64,000 nt of DNA, taken from assembly GCA_021324755.1 (NCBI GenBank), contig JAJPIL010000006.1:49109-113108 (forward strand). The letters run 5' to 3'. Position 1 is the first letter of the stretch; every line of letters starts with the position of its first letter. Of this stretch, positions 49,920-59,867 are shown piece after piece. The position numbers and the translations under genes are program-made. The DNA is from Pseudomonadota bacterium. GTDB lineage: Bacteria > Desulfobacterota > Binatia > Binatales > Binataceae. The notes beneath the pieces are model-generated. The model had not been told where the DNA came from, made no database searches, and saw only the letters and a program-made list of their open reading frames with translations.

Positions 49920-50861
49920 CTATGGGTCTTTGTGGCGTTGCTCTCGAAGGTAAGCCACAAGCGCCATCAGCCGACGGTCGCGCCATCGACGACGCGCTTC
50001 CAACTGGTTTCGCGGCAGAAGCTTTGCTCGTTCCGTTTCGACTCGCTCTATAAGCTCGTTGCTCCATAGCGATGGGTCTCGTCGCGATTGTGCGATATGG
50101 TAATACAACGAACGCAAGCGGTAGGCATAATCTTTGACGCCTCCAGGCGCATTTAGGTCGATAGTTTCAAAAGGCCCCATGAAAGCCCATCGCAAGCCAA
50201 GCCCTTCGCGTACCGTTTTGTCGATGTCCTCGATCGAAGCGTAGCCTTCTTCGAACAGCTTCCACGCTTCGTTGAGAAGTGCGCCTTGCAGGCGGTTTAG
50301 AATAAAGCCTTCTACCTCGCGCCGGACAACGACAGGACTCTGGCCCACCTCCGACATGAGCGCAACAGTGTAATTTATTGCGCTTTGGTGGGTCCAAGGA
50401 GCCGGTACGATTTCAACCACCGGGACGAGGTAAGGCGGGTTTACCGGATGCGCGATAAGACATCGCTCTTTGATTGGCAAATGGGCGGTGAAAGCCGACG
50501 CCGGAATTCCGGAAGAGGAGCTTCCAATTATCGTATTGCTCCCGACAAGCTCACTTAGTTTTTCGTAAACCGAACGTTTGGCTTCGACGGTTTCAAACAC
50601 TGACTCTTGTACGTACTCGACATCATCGACCGCTCGGCTCATTTCATCGCAGACCGTGATTCTGGCTGCGATCTCGTCGGCGCCTTTGACCAAGCCGAAT
50701 TTTTCCAGCTCGGCAAGGTTAGCGCGAACGACGGACATCACGGTGTCTCTCGTTTTGGGGCTTTCGTCGTAAACTTTTACGTTTAGCGATGCCCGTGCGA
50801 ACACGATCGCCCATCCTGAGCCGACCAGTCCCGCGCCTACGATTCCGACGTTACGGGCCAT
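49920..50861 (-). CDS. 3-hydroxyacyl-CoA dehydrogenase family protein (NAD-binding; possibly L-carnitine/3-hydroxybutyryl-CoA dehydrogenase-like)
   Basis: VGIVGAGLVGSGWA Rossmann motif and C-terminal 3HCDH domain. Confidence 0.75.
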   Translation of the reverse strand: MARNVGIVGAGLVGSGWAIVFARASLNVKVYDESPKTRDTVMSVVRANLAELEKFGLVKGADEIAARITVCDEMSRAVDDVEYVQESVFETVEAKRSVYEKLSELVGSNTIIGSSSSGIPASAFTAHLPIKERCLIAHPVNPPYLVPVVEIVPAPWTHQSAINYTVALMSEVGQSPVVVRREVEGFILNRLQGALLNEAWKLFEEGYASIEDIDKTVREGLGLRWAFMGPFETIDLNAPGGVKDYAYRLRSLYYHIAQSRRDPSLWSNELIERVETERAKLLPRNQLEARRRWRDRRLMALVAYLREQRHKDP

Positions 50862-51130
50862 GGGTTTGCGCCTCCGCTGTGAACCAACTTACGCTAACGG
50901 CGAGCCAAGCGTTAGTTGGGCGACTATCGGTGCAAGCTCAAGCTCCCAGGTTTTGTCCGTTGCCGAAGCTCATCGTCGCATAAATTATCAGCTACCCCAA
51001 ATTCATGACTAGCGCGCGTACGGCGGCAGATGAGTCCTTTCGACGTCGAGAGGTCACGAGCCCTGCCAAGTTCTGGCTTCGATAATTCTTAGGTCAGGCG
51101 GCGGCTAGCGCACTTGCGAAAAAGGTTATT

Positions 51131-52249
51131 TTAGGGCGAAGCCCATTCGGGTAGCTTTTCATTGTCAAGAATAGCTCGGGCGATGGCCTCTCCGGCCCAT
51201 ACGCTCAGAGCAACGCCGTGGCCGGCGTACCCAGCGGCGACAAAAATTCTAGACGTGCCGGGCAATCGTCCGATAAGCGGCAGAAAATCATCTGGTATGC
51301 CGATTGGTCCGCCCCATTGATAGCAAAACTTTACTTGCTTCAGGGCGGGGTTTAGAGCGCGAACTCTCGATTTAAGATTCTCAAGCCTTGCGCCGATTTC
51401 TTCGTCGGTCAGCCGCTTGCGCTCGAGCTTGTCGATGGAGTCGAACACCAATCCTGCGCCAAAGATTACGCGACCGTCGCGCATAACCCGTCCCCACAGA
51501 TAGGGTGTATCGACTGTGTAGAATGGGATATTCGCCCCCAGGCCGATTTGGTAGAGCGTTGAGCGGCTCAACGGCTCGGTAGCGCAGGCGAGCGTGAGCG
51601 CGCTTCTGATAGGCCGCACGTTTGGTAAGAGCAAGTTGGTCCAGCTGTTCGCAGCGACCACGACGAAGTCCGCGTCAATCGTTTGGCCGTCGGTTTCCAC
51701 ACGCAATTTGTCGCGGCTCTCGATCCTACGTGCGGGCAGGTTCTCGCGCACAACCGCTCCCGCGCGAATTGCAGCTTCAGCCAAGCCCTTCACGAGCTTC
51801 ATCGGATCGACGGTTCCGCCCCGCACGACTCGGCGCACACGAATGTATTTGTTGTCATCCTTCCATGGAAGGATGAAGCCTCGGCTACTTTCGGCGTGCT
51901 CTATCTCCCAGCATCCGTGAAGCTCGAGCTCGCACTCGATCCGTTCTCGTTCGACCACGGCACGGAGGTGTTCGACACAGCATTCAGTCCCTGGAAATAT
52001 GCCCTTGGCGGTGCCTTCCAATACAATTCCGCCGGTGCGGCCGCTTGCTCCAGCACCAACAGTGCGGGCTTCGAGCAACAGCGTTTTTGCGCCCCGGCGC
52101 GCTAGGTAACACGCTGCTGACACACCGGTTAAACCTCCCCCAATCACCGCGACGTCAACTCGTCTCGGTACATCGCCAGAGCTTGCGAGTTTTTGCTGCA
52201 ACCAAGGCGGAACTCCCCAAAACGGTTCTGCAACTCGATTGGACCCCAT
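51131..52249 (-). CDS. FAD-dependent oxidoreductase (DAO family; sarcosine/D-amino-acid oxidase-like)
   Basis: VAVIGGGLTGVSAACYLARRGAKTLLLEA dinucleotide-binding motif; 372 aa. Confidence 0.75.
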   Translation of the reverse strand: MGSNRVAEPFWGVPPWLQQKLASSGDVPRRVDVAVIGGGLTGVSAACYLARRGAKTLLLEARTVGAGASGRTGGIVLEGTAKGIFPGTECCVEHLRAVVERERIECELELHGCWEIEHAESSRGFILPWKDDNKYIRVRRVVRGGTVDPMKLVKGLAEAAIRAGAVVRENLPARRIESRDKLRVETDGQTIDADFVVVAANSWTNLLLPNVRPIRSALTLACATEPLSRSTLYQIGLGANIPFYTVDTPYLWGRVMRDGRVIFGAGLVFDSIDKLERKRLTDEEIGARLENLKSRVRALNPALKQVKFCYQWGGPIGIPDDFLPLIGRLPGTSRIFVAAGYAGHGVALSVWAGEAIARAILDNEKLPEWASP

Positions 52250-52475
52250 AGCGATTACTGGAACGATAGATTAGCAGATGGCTGACTCGGAGGCAGGCAA
52301 AGCTGAAAGAGCAAGCCCCTTTGATGCCGGTTTTGTCCGCGAAACTAAACGCTCGCCATGATTAGCCTTGCGCTGTACGTGAAATGGTTCGGTTTCGGCT
52401 CTCTTGACGCAGCCTGGATGCAGTCGAGCGGAGGATAAAATCGAACAGTGGCGATGCTCTTGAGCGCTTCTAGTC

Positions 52476-53939
52476 TTAAAGGAGACCGTTGGCTTTAACC
52501 CAATTTTCGGTTTTATAAAGGGCAGCGGCGAGGCGTGCCAGTAAAAGGTCGATTTCGCGCTCTTTGATGACCAGTGGAGGAGAGAGACAGATAACGTCGC
52601 CAGCCATTCGCACGAGCAACCCCTCCTCGAGGGCGGCTTCGCGCAAAAACGCACCGACCCGCGCCTGGATGGGGAAAGGCTCACGCGTCTGTTTGTCTCG
52701 GACAAGTTCCACCCCGACCATCAGACCTTCGCCGCGGATGTCTCCGACGATTGGCGAGTCCTTGAGCTTTTGCAGCCCCGCGATTAACCGTTCTCCCATG
52801 ACGCGAGCTCGTTCTGGCAACTTCTCGTTTTCGATAATTTCCAGAGTTTTTAGTCCCACCGCGCAGCTCAGCGGATGGCCAGTGTTGGTAAAGCCGTGCC
52901 ATATGGCAAGACCCTCTCTACCGCTTCGGATCGCCTGGTATAATTTCTCGTCGACTATCACCGCTCCAAGCGGCGCATAGCCGCTACTGATTCCTTTTGC
53001 GCAGGTTATGATGTCGGGAAGCACGTCCCAGTGTTCGCAAGCGAACATCTTGCCGGTGCGCCCGCCCGCGGTTATGACTTCGTCGGCGACGAAAAGAACG
53101 TCGTACCGGTCGCATATTTCGCGCACGCGCGTCCAGTAGGCCTTCGGGGCGGGAATCACGCCACCGGAGCCGATAATCGGTTCGGCGATAAAAAACCCGA
53201 CCTTGTCCGGTCCTTCCTGCAGGACAGCCTCTTCGAGCAAGTCAGCACATTTGAGCGTGCATTCCTGATGGTCCCTGCAGAACTCGCATCGATAACGGTA
53301 AGGCGGCTCGATATGGCGCACTTTCAAGCCGGGCGGGCCGTAGTAGCGGTGAAAACGCTCAATCCCGGTCAATGCTGCGGCACCAAGAGTCGAGCCGTGG
53401 TAGCCAAGTTTGCGGGCAATGGCGACGGTTTTGTCGGGCTTGCCACGCAGCGCAAAATAAAGACGCGAAAGTCGGATTGCCGACTCGTTCGACTCTGACC
53501 CGCCACTGGTCAGAAGTACACGCTTGAGCGAGCCCGGCGCTAACGAAGCAAGCTTGGCGGCAAATCGGATTGCCGGCGGAGTTGTGACGTTAAGCAAATT
53601 AATGTGGAAGGAAAGCGTCCTGAGCTGACGCGCTACGGCAGAGGCAACGTCAGTGCGACTAAAACCGAGGTTGACGTTCCAAATACCGGCGGCCGAATCG
53701 AGGTATTTGCGACCATTGACGTCCCATACAAATACCCCTTTGCCGCGAACGAGAATAAGCGGTTCCCTTCTATAAACTTCGTCGAGCGGAGCGAAACTGG
53801 GCAGCCTGTGCGCTCGGTCGAGCTCGACCAAGATATCGCGCTCATTTTCGCTTTGTACCGCGCTCCTTCTAGAGCGAGTATTTGTTGGTTTATACGACGT
53901 CTCCATAAACGTGAGAATACGCGCAGCAAAAAATTCCAC
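52476..53939 (-). CDS. Class III (omega) pyridoxal-phosphate aminotransferase
   Basis: AT-III motifs (SGSEANE-like SGGSESNESA, DEVITAGGRTGKMFACEHW with PLP Lys); N-terminal start uncertain. Confidence 0.8.
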   Translation of the reverse strand: MEFFAARILTFMETSYKPTNTRSRRSAVQSENERDILVELDRAHRLPSFAPLDEVYRREPLILVRGKGVFVWDVNGRKYLDSAAGIWNVNLGFSRTDVASAVARQLRTLSFHINLLNVTTPPAIRFAAKLASLAPGSLKRVLLTSGGSESNESAIRLSRLYFALRGKPDKTVAIARKLGYHGSTLGAAALTGIERFHRYYGPPGLKVRHIEPPYRYRCEFCRDHQECTLKCADLLEEAVLQEGPDKVGFFIAEPIIGSGGVIPAPKAYWTRVREICDRYDVLFVADEVITAGGRTGKMFACEHWDVLPDIITCAKGISSGYAPLGAVIVDEKLYQAIRSGREGLAIWHGFTNTGHPLSCAVGLKTLEIIENEKLPERARVMGERLIAGLQKLKDSPIVGDIRGEGLMVGVELVRDKQTREPFPIQARVGAFLREAALEEGLLVRMAGDVICLSPPLVIKEREIDLLLARLAAALYKTENWVKANGLL

Positions 53940-54477
53940 GCCATTTAGACGAGGTGATGCGCTGTGTTTTATGCGAGCTTACGCAATGGCGCACCACGCT
54001 GGCAACCGAAGCGGACCTGAGGCTGCATATTACACATTATTATGGCTAAGCGTGATTCCCGAACACAGCTTCGATGTAAAGCGCCTCGAGCAGCACGGAC
54101 CCCTGCGTACTAGATGGCGACGGCAAAGCAATCGGCGCCCGCAGGTAGCGCTTTTTGGACGCTTGGCTGCCAATTGGCAAACTTAACCGAGAGCGGCTTA
54201 TATCCTCCCGTAGGTGGCAAGCGATAGAATAACCTAGTTGAACAAAAGGCGCAGTTACGCGTCCTAGCTTTGAGGGCTTGAGCGGAAAAGGGCTGTCGAA
54301 TCTGGGAGTTTGCGCTGTTTGTTGTGACGTTTCTGTAACAATGGTAAGCGCATGTCAGGCTACGGGACGACGATGAGTTTGAGGCTCTACAAGATGGATA
54401 ATGAGGGTGATGCGGCAGTGATTTCGCCCATGTGACGACGCCATCTCTCGGTGCCTTGGAACAAGCGTAGCGCGACG

Positions 54478-54499
54478 AAATTTATAGAAATTTATAGAT
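54478..54499. repeat. Tandem direct repeat AAATTTATAGA x2 flanked by two copies of GAACAAGCGTAG and a CTTGTTC-agc-GAACAAG hairpin; candidate operator/promoter module for the pentose-phosphate operon
   Basis: Read directly from sequence (GAACAAGCGTAG at about 54459-54470 and 54531-54542; hairpin 54521-54537). Confidence 0.45.
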
Positions 54500-54660
54500 T
54501 CGATCCTGTGTAGGCTAGGGCTTGTTCAGCGAACAAGCGTAGACCCTCAAGACCGGAGGAATGGAGCGAGCAAGCTAGAAACCCCAGGCTCGTCGACCAG
54601 GCTGGGAATTTCACAGCGATCGGCGAGTGTCGAGTTTTCACGAGTGAGGAAGGCAAGCGT

Positions 54661-57528
54661 ATGGCAAATCCTATTCGAGAGGTGACCAAGTACGGTCAGA
54701 GCATATGGTTCGATTACATTCGCCGGGGGCTTATTACGTCGGGTGAGCTCAAGCGGATGGTGGAAGAGGACGGGCTTTTGGGGGTCACTTCCAACCCGGC
54801 CATTTTTGAGAAGGCGATCGCCGGAAGCAGCGACTACGACAGCGCGATGAGGAAGCTGGCTGGGGAAGGTCTGACTTCTGTCAAGGACATCTACGAGCGG
54901 CTTGCGATCGAAGACATACAGCTTGCCGCTGACGTTCTTTACTCTGCTTACCAGAAGACTGGTGGGCGAGATGGCTTTGTAAGCCTCGAGGTATCGCCCC
55001 ACCTAGCCAACGACACCGAGGGCACGATTCAAGAAGCAACGCGCCTGTACGCCGCTGTTAACCGTCCCAACGTAATGATCAAGGTGCCGGGCACACCGGC
55101 TGGCTTTCCCGCCATTACAGAGCTTATTTCCCGTGGCATAAACGTCAACGTGACCTTGCTGTTCAGTATCGCGGCCTACGTAAAGGCCGCCGAGGCGTAC
55201 ATGGCCGGGCTTGAGGTGCTTGCCCAGAAAAGCGGCGACCTCAGCAAGGTTGCGAGCGTGGCGAGCTTTTTCTTGAGCCGCATCGACACGCTGATCGATG
55301 ATCGGCTCGGCCAGATGCTGGATAAAGAGCGCGACCCGGACCGACGGGCGCTTCTCAAAAGCCTGGTTGGAAAAGTGGCGATTGCAAGCGCACGTATCGC
55401 GTATGCACATTATCGCGAGCTTGTGGCAACCCCGCGCTGGCGCGCGCTAGCCGAAAAAGGAGCACGATCACAGCGTCTTTTGTGGGCGAGCACCAGCGCA
55501 AAGAACCCAAAGTATTCGAAAACCAAGTACGTCGACGAACTGATAGGCCCCGACACTGTAAACACGCTTCCCGCGGAGACATACAACGAATTTAAGGCTC
55601 ATGGCAGGCCGCGGCCAGCTTTGATCGAGAACTGGGTAGAAAAGCTGGAGGAGGCCCAGCAGGTTTTCCATGCCTTGGAGACTGTCGGTATTTCGTTGAA
55701 CGAGGCTACCGATCAACTTCTTGCCGACGGGGTCAAAAAATTCAATGACGCGTTCGACCAGTTGCTGGCAGCCATCGATAAAAAGCGCGCCTCGATGGTC
55801 GCGGGCGCGCCTGAGCGGCGACTTTACGTTTTAGGCCAAGCGGAGAAAGCCGTAAAAGAAGCGCTTGACGATTGGCAAAACAACAGCAAGGTGCGACGTC
55901 TGTGGGAGGGCGACGCTTCTTTGTGGACAAATACTGACGAAGGTCATTGGCTGGGATGGATACACGTCGTTGACGGCCAACGCGAACATAGCGAGCACTT
56001 AAAGCGCATCGCCGAGGACGTCAGGCAGGCCGGCTTTAAGCATATCTTGCTTCTAGGCATGGGCGGCTCGAGCCTGTGTCCCGACGTGCTGAGTCGCACG
56101 TTCGGTAAAATTGACGGCTACCCGGAGCTACTGGTGCTGGACTCGACCGTGCCTGCGCAGGTGGCCAGCTTCGAACGGCGCGTCGACCTGCGAAGCACCC
56201 TTTTTATCGTATCCTCGAAATCTGGCACCACGACCGAACCGAACGTTTTTAAACAATATTTCTTTGACCGGGTAAGCAAAGTTGTCGGCGCGAACGAGGC
56301 TGGCTCGCGTTTCGTTGCGATCACCGACCCAGGCACACCGCTTCATCAGTTGGCAAAGCGGGAGCGCTTCCGCCACATCTTTTTTGGCGTGCCGAGCATC
56401 GGAGGACGTTACTCGGCGCTTTCGAATTTTGGGATGGTACCAGCGGCGGCGATGGGACTGGACGTTATCCGTCTGCTCGACCGCGCCGAGGTGATGTTGC
56501 ACGCTTGCTCACCCTATGTGCCGACGCACGATAATCCGGGCGTGACGCTGGGAGCGATTCTTGGCACGCTCGCACGTCTGGGACGCGATAAGCTGACCCT
56601 GGTTGCTTCGCCAAGCATCGCAAGGCTCGGTGCTTGGCTTGAACAGTTGCTTGCTGAATCGACCGGTAAAGAGGGCAAGGGAATCATACCGATTGACGGC
56701 GAAGAGTTGGGTCCGCCGGAAGTTTACGGCGATGACCGAGTCTTCGTATACTCGGCACTCGAGTCGGATGACACCGCAAGGGACGAAGCGGCTCTCACAG
56801 CGCTTGAACGTGCCGGCCATCCCGTGGTGCGCCTAAAACTTGCCGATTTGTGGGATTTGGGGCAGGAATTCCTGCGCTGGGAGTTCGCCACTGCGGTTGC
56901 CGGTTCGATCCTCGGCATCAACGCCTTTAACCAGCCAGACGTCGAGGCCAGCAAGCTCGCGACGCGCAAACTAACCGCCGCCTACGAAAAAAGCGGGAGC
57001 CTCCCGGAGCAGACGCCTTTGTTGCGTGACGGGGAGCTGAGCTTGTTCGCCGATCCCGACAACGCTCAGGCGCTCGGGGTCGGGCGCAACGGTCGCGACG
57101 TTGGGGACGTACTGGCTGCCCACATCGCGCGACTTCGGCCACGCGACTACTTCGCAATTAACGCTTACATCGAGATGAGCGACGAGACTTTCGCCGAGCT
57201 TCAGGCGATTCGTCACGCGGTTCGCAACGCCAAGCGCGTAGCTACGACCGTCGGCTACGGCCCCCGCTTTTTACACTCCACGGGCCAACTCCACAAGGGC
57301 GGCCCCAACACCGGAGTGTTTTTGCAGATAACGTGCGATGATGCGCACGATTTGCCTATCCCTGGGCAGAAGTACACGTTCGGCGTGCTCAAGCGGGCCC
57401 AGGCGGAGGGCGACTTCCAAGTGTTGGCTGAACGTGGTCGTCGCCTTCTACGCGTTCATCTGGGGGCCGACGTAATAGCTGGTCTTAAGCGGCTGCGCGA
57501 AATCGTCGAGCGCGTAACGACCAAATAG
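54661..57528 (+). CDS. Bifunctional transaldolase / glucose-6-phosphate isomerase
   Basis: 955 aa; N-terminal transaldolase (SIWFDYIRRGLI, TSNPAIFEKAI), C-terminal PGI domain. Confidence 0.85.
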   Translation: MANPIREVTKYGQSIWFDYIRRGLITSGELKRMVEEDGLLGVTSNPAIFEKAIAGSSDYDSAMRKLAGEGLTSVKDIYERLAIEDIQLAADVLYSAYQKTGGRDGFVSLEVSPHLANDTEGTIQEATRLYAAVNRPNVMIKVPGTPAGFPAITELISRGINVNVTLLFSIAAYVKAAEAYMAGLEVLAQKSGDLSKVASVASFFLSRIDTLIDDRLGQMLDKERDPDRRALLKSLVGKVAIASARIAYAHYRELVATPRWRALAEKGARSQRLLWASTSAKNPKYSKTKYVDELIGPDTVNTLPAETYNEFKAHGRPRPALIENWVEKLEEAQQVFHALETVGISLNEATDQLLADGVKKFNDAFDQLLAAIDKKRASMVAGAPERRLYVLGQAEKAVKEALDDWQNNSKVRRLWEGDASLWTNTDEGHWLGWIHVVDGQREHSEHLKRIAEDVRQAGFKHILLLGMGGSSLCPDVLSRTFGKIDGYPELLVLDSTVPAQVASFERRVDLRSTLFIVSSKSGTTTEPNVFKQYFFDRVSKVVGANEAGSRFVAITDPGTPLHQLAKRERFRHIFFGVPSIGGRYSALSNFGMVPAAAMGLDVIRLLDRAEVMLHACSPYVPTHDNPGVTLGAILGTLARLGRDKLTLVASPSIARLGAWLEQLLAESTGKEGKGIIPIDGEELGPPEVYGDDRVFVYSALESDDTARDEAALTALERAGHPVVRLKLADLWDLGQEFLRWEFATAVAGSILGINAFNQPDVEASKLATRKLTAAYEKSGSLPEQTPLLRDGELSLFADPDNAQALGVGRNGRDVGDVLAAHIARLRPRDYFAINAYIEMSDETFAELQAIRHAVRNAKRVATTVGYGPRFLHSTGQLHKGGPNTGVFLQITCDDAHDLPIPGQKYTFGVLKRAQAEGDFQVLAERGRRLLRVHLGADVIAGLKRLREIVERVTTK

Positions 57529-57585
57529 CCGGACGCGCATCGGTAATTTTTCGCAATCGCTGGCTTTGCGAGCGAGGAGCGTACG

Positions 57586-59667
57586 ATGAGGCTTCACACA
57601 GTGGAAGGGCAAAAGAATATCGACCTGCTCTGTATCAATACCATCCGCACCCTTGCGATGGACGCCGTGCAGGCGGCCAACTCGGGCCATCCAGGAACGC
57701 CGATGGCGCTTGCGCCTGTGGCGTATTACTTGTGGCAGTACGTAATGCGCTACGACCCTGACGCTCCGACGTGGCTTAACCGCGACCGCTTTGTGTTATC
57801 GAATGGGCATGCCTCGATGCTTCTGTACGCGATCCTGCATCTGGCGGGCGTCAAGGCGGTAAATCCCGATTACGAGCAAGTAGGACGGCTTGCGGTCACG
57901 CTTGACGATATCAAACGGTTTCGCCAGTTGGACAGCAAATGCCCGGGTCATCCCGAGTACCGTTGGACCTCCGGCGTCGAAACGACCACCGGGCCGCTGG
58001 GACAAGGTGTGGCGACCAGCGTGGGCATGGCGATCGCCCAGCGTTGGCTCGCAAGCCGCTTTAATCGGCCGGGTTTCGAGCTGTTCGACTACAGGGTTTA
58101 CGCGATCTGCGGCGACGGGTGCATGATGGAGGGAATCTCGGGCGAAGCAGCTTCGCTTGCCGGCCATCTTAGACTGTCGAATCTGTGCTGGATTTACGAC
58201 AACAATCACATCACCATCGAAGGCAACACAGCGCTTGCGTTCAGCGAGGACGTCGCGACACGGTTTGTCGGTTATGGATGGAACGTTACGCGGGTGGGCG
58301 ATGCCAATGACCTCGAGATGCTGGGACGAGCGCTTGAAATAGCCCATCGCAGCGAAGACCGTCCGACTTTGATTATTGTCGACAGTCATATCGCCTATGG
58401 CGCGCCGCACAAGCAGGACACCAGTGCAGCGCACGGCGAACCGCTCGGCGAAGAGGAAATCCGACAGACCAAGCGGAACTATGGATGGCCCGAAGATGCG
58501 AAGTTTCTCGTGCCCGAGGGCGTCAGGGAGCATTTCGCTGCCGGTGTTGGCGCGCGCGGGCGCGCGCTCAGAACTGGATGGGAAGCGACTTTGAGGCGCT
58601 ACCGAGAGGCTTATCCCGATCTGGCGCGAGAACTCGAGTTGATGCAACGGGGCGAGCTGCCCGAAAGATGGGACAGTGAATTGTCTTACTTCGCGCTCGA
58701 ACCCAAGGGTATCGCCGGTCGCGACGCCTCGGGCAAGGTGCTCAACGCCATCGCTCAGCGCGTTCCATGGCTTTTGGGCGGCTCGGCTGACCTTGCGCCG
58801 TCTACCAAGACGCGGCTTACATTTCCTGGTGCGGGAGACTTCGAAGCCGACACGCCGCAGGGGCGGAACTTCCACTTCGGTATCCGCGAACACGCTATGG
58901 CTGCCATCCTTAACGGGCTTGCGCTGTCCAAATTGAGGCCGTACGGTTCGACGTTCTTGGTATTTAGCGATTACTTGCGTCCGGCCTTGCGGCTGTCCGC
59001 TTTGATGGAGTTGCCGGTCATCTATGTCTTCACCCATGATTCGATAAGCGTGGGCGAAGACGGACCGACACATCAGCCGGTGGAGCACCTCGCGGCGCTG
59101 CGTTCCGTGCCTGGTTTGGTGGTGCTGCGGCCGGCGGACGCTAATGAAGTTGTCGAAGCGTGGCGCTTGGTCATGCAGCTAAAGGACAAACCAGCGGTGC
59201 TCGTCCTTTCGCGTCAAGCTCTGCCGGTTATCGACCGCACAAAATATGCGCCTGCCTCGGGTACTTCGAGGGGTGCGTACGTGCTGGCTGATGCTCCTGG
59301 CGGTAAGCCCGAAGTCTTACTGCTCGCAACGGGAAGCGAGGTCCATCTATGCTTGGAGGCGTACGAAAGCCTCAAGCAGGAAGGCATCGCCGCGCGGGTC
59401 GTAAGCATGCCGTCGTGGGAAATCTTCGAGCATCAGTCGAAAGAATACCGCGACAGTGTGCTTCCGCCAGATGTCGTTCTGCGTGTGGCGGTCGAAGAGG
59501 GCTCAACTTTCGGATGGTCGCGATACGTGGGACCGCGCGGCCGTTGCATCGGTATGGAAACCTTTGGAGTGCCAGCTCCGATGAAAGAAGTGCAAAAGAA
59601 ATTCGGGTTTACGGTCGAACGTATAGTGGGCGTTGTTAAAGAGCTTCTGGCCGACCATAAAGGCTAG
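57586..59667 (+). CDS. tkt: Transketolase
   Basis: 693 aa; TPP-binding motifs (GHPG, GDGCMMEGISGEA), transketolase pyrimidine-binding and C-terminal domains. Confidence 0.9.
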   Translation: MRLHTVEGQKNIDLLCINTIRTLAMDAVQAANSGHPGTPMALAPVAYYLWQYVMRYDPDAPTWLNRDRFVLSNGHASMLLYAILHLAGVKAVNPDYEQVGRLAVTLDDIKRFRQLDSKCPGHPEYRWTSGVETTTGPLGQGVATSVGMAIAQRWLASRFNRPGFELFDYRVYAICGDGCMMEGISGEAASLAGHLRLSNLCWIYDNNHITIEGNTALAFSEDVATRFVGYGWNVTRVGDANDLEMLGRALEIAHRSEDRPTLIIVDSHIAYGAPHKQDTSAAHGEPLGEEEIRQTKRNYGWPEDAKFLVPEGVREHFAAGVGARGRALRTGWEATLRRYREAYPDLARELELMQRGELPERWDSELSYFALEPKGIAGRDASGKVLNAIAQRVPWLLGGSADLAPSTKTRLTFPGAGDFEADTPQGRNFHFGIREHAMAAILNGLALSKLRPYGSTFLVFSDYLRPALRLSALMELPVIYVFTHDSISVGEDGPTHQPVEHLAALRSVPGLVVLRPADANEVVEAWRLVMQLKDKPAVLVLSRQALPVIDRTKYAPASGTSRGAYVLADAPGGKPEVLLLATGSEVHLCLEAYESLKQEGIAARVVSMPSWEIFEHQSKEYRDSVLPPDVVLRVAVEEGSTFGWSRYVGPRGRCIGMETFGVPAPMKEVQKKFGFTVERIVGVVKELLADHKG

Positions 59668-59867
59668 GCTCGCATTTGGGCGCCATCTTTTGATGAGGTA
59701 GTTTTCGCGTAGATACGAGGTTCAATATTGGGTCTGGATTTTGGAAGGTAGGCGAAGCTCGACGGTTCGCTTTCTCTGGGGCGGTGCACTTCCGACTGGC
59801 GAGCCATCGGCAACCAGGCGAGAATTACACGTGTGGTAGTAAAATCCATCAAGGGTAAGTTTATAGC

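Noticed and set aside
57796-59088. 430-aa ORF on minus strand inside transketolase
   Set aside because: Antisense to tkt, Arg/Gly-rich; typical high-GC artefact.
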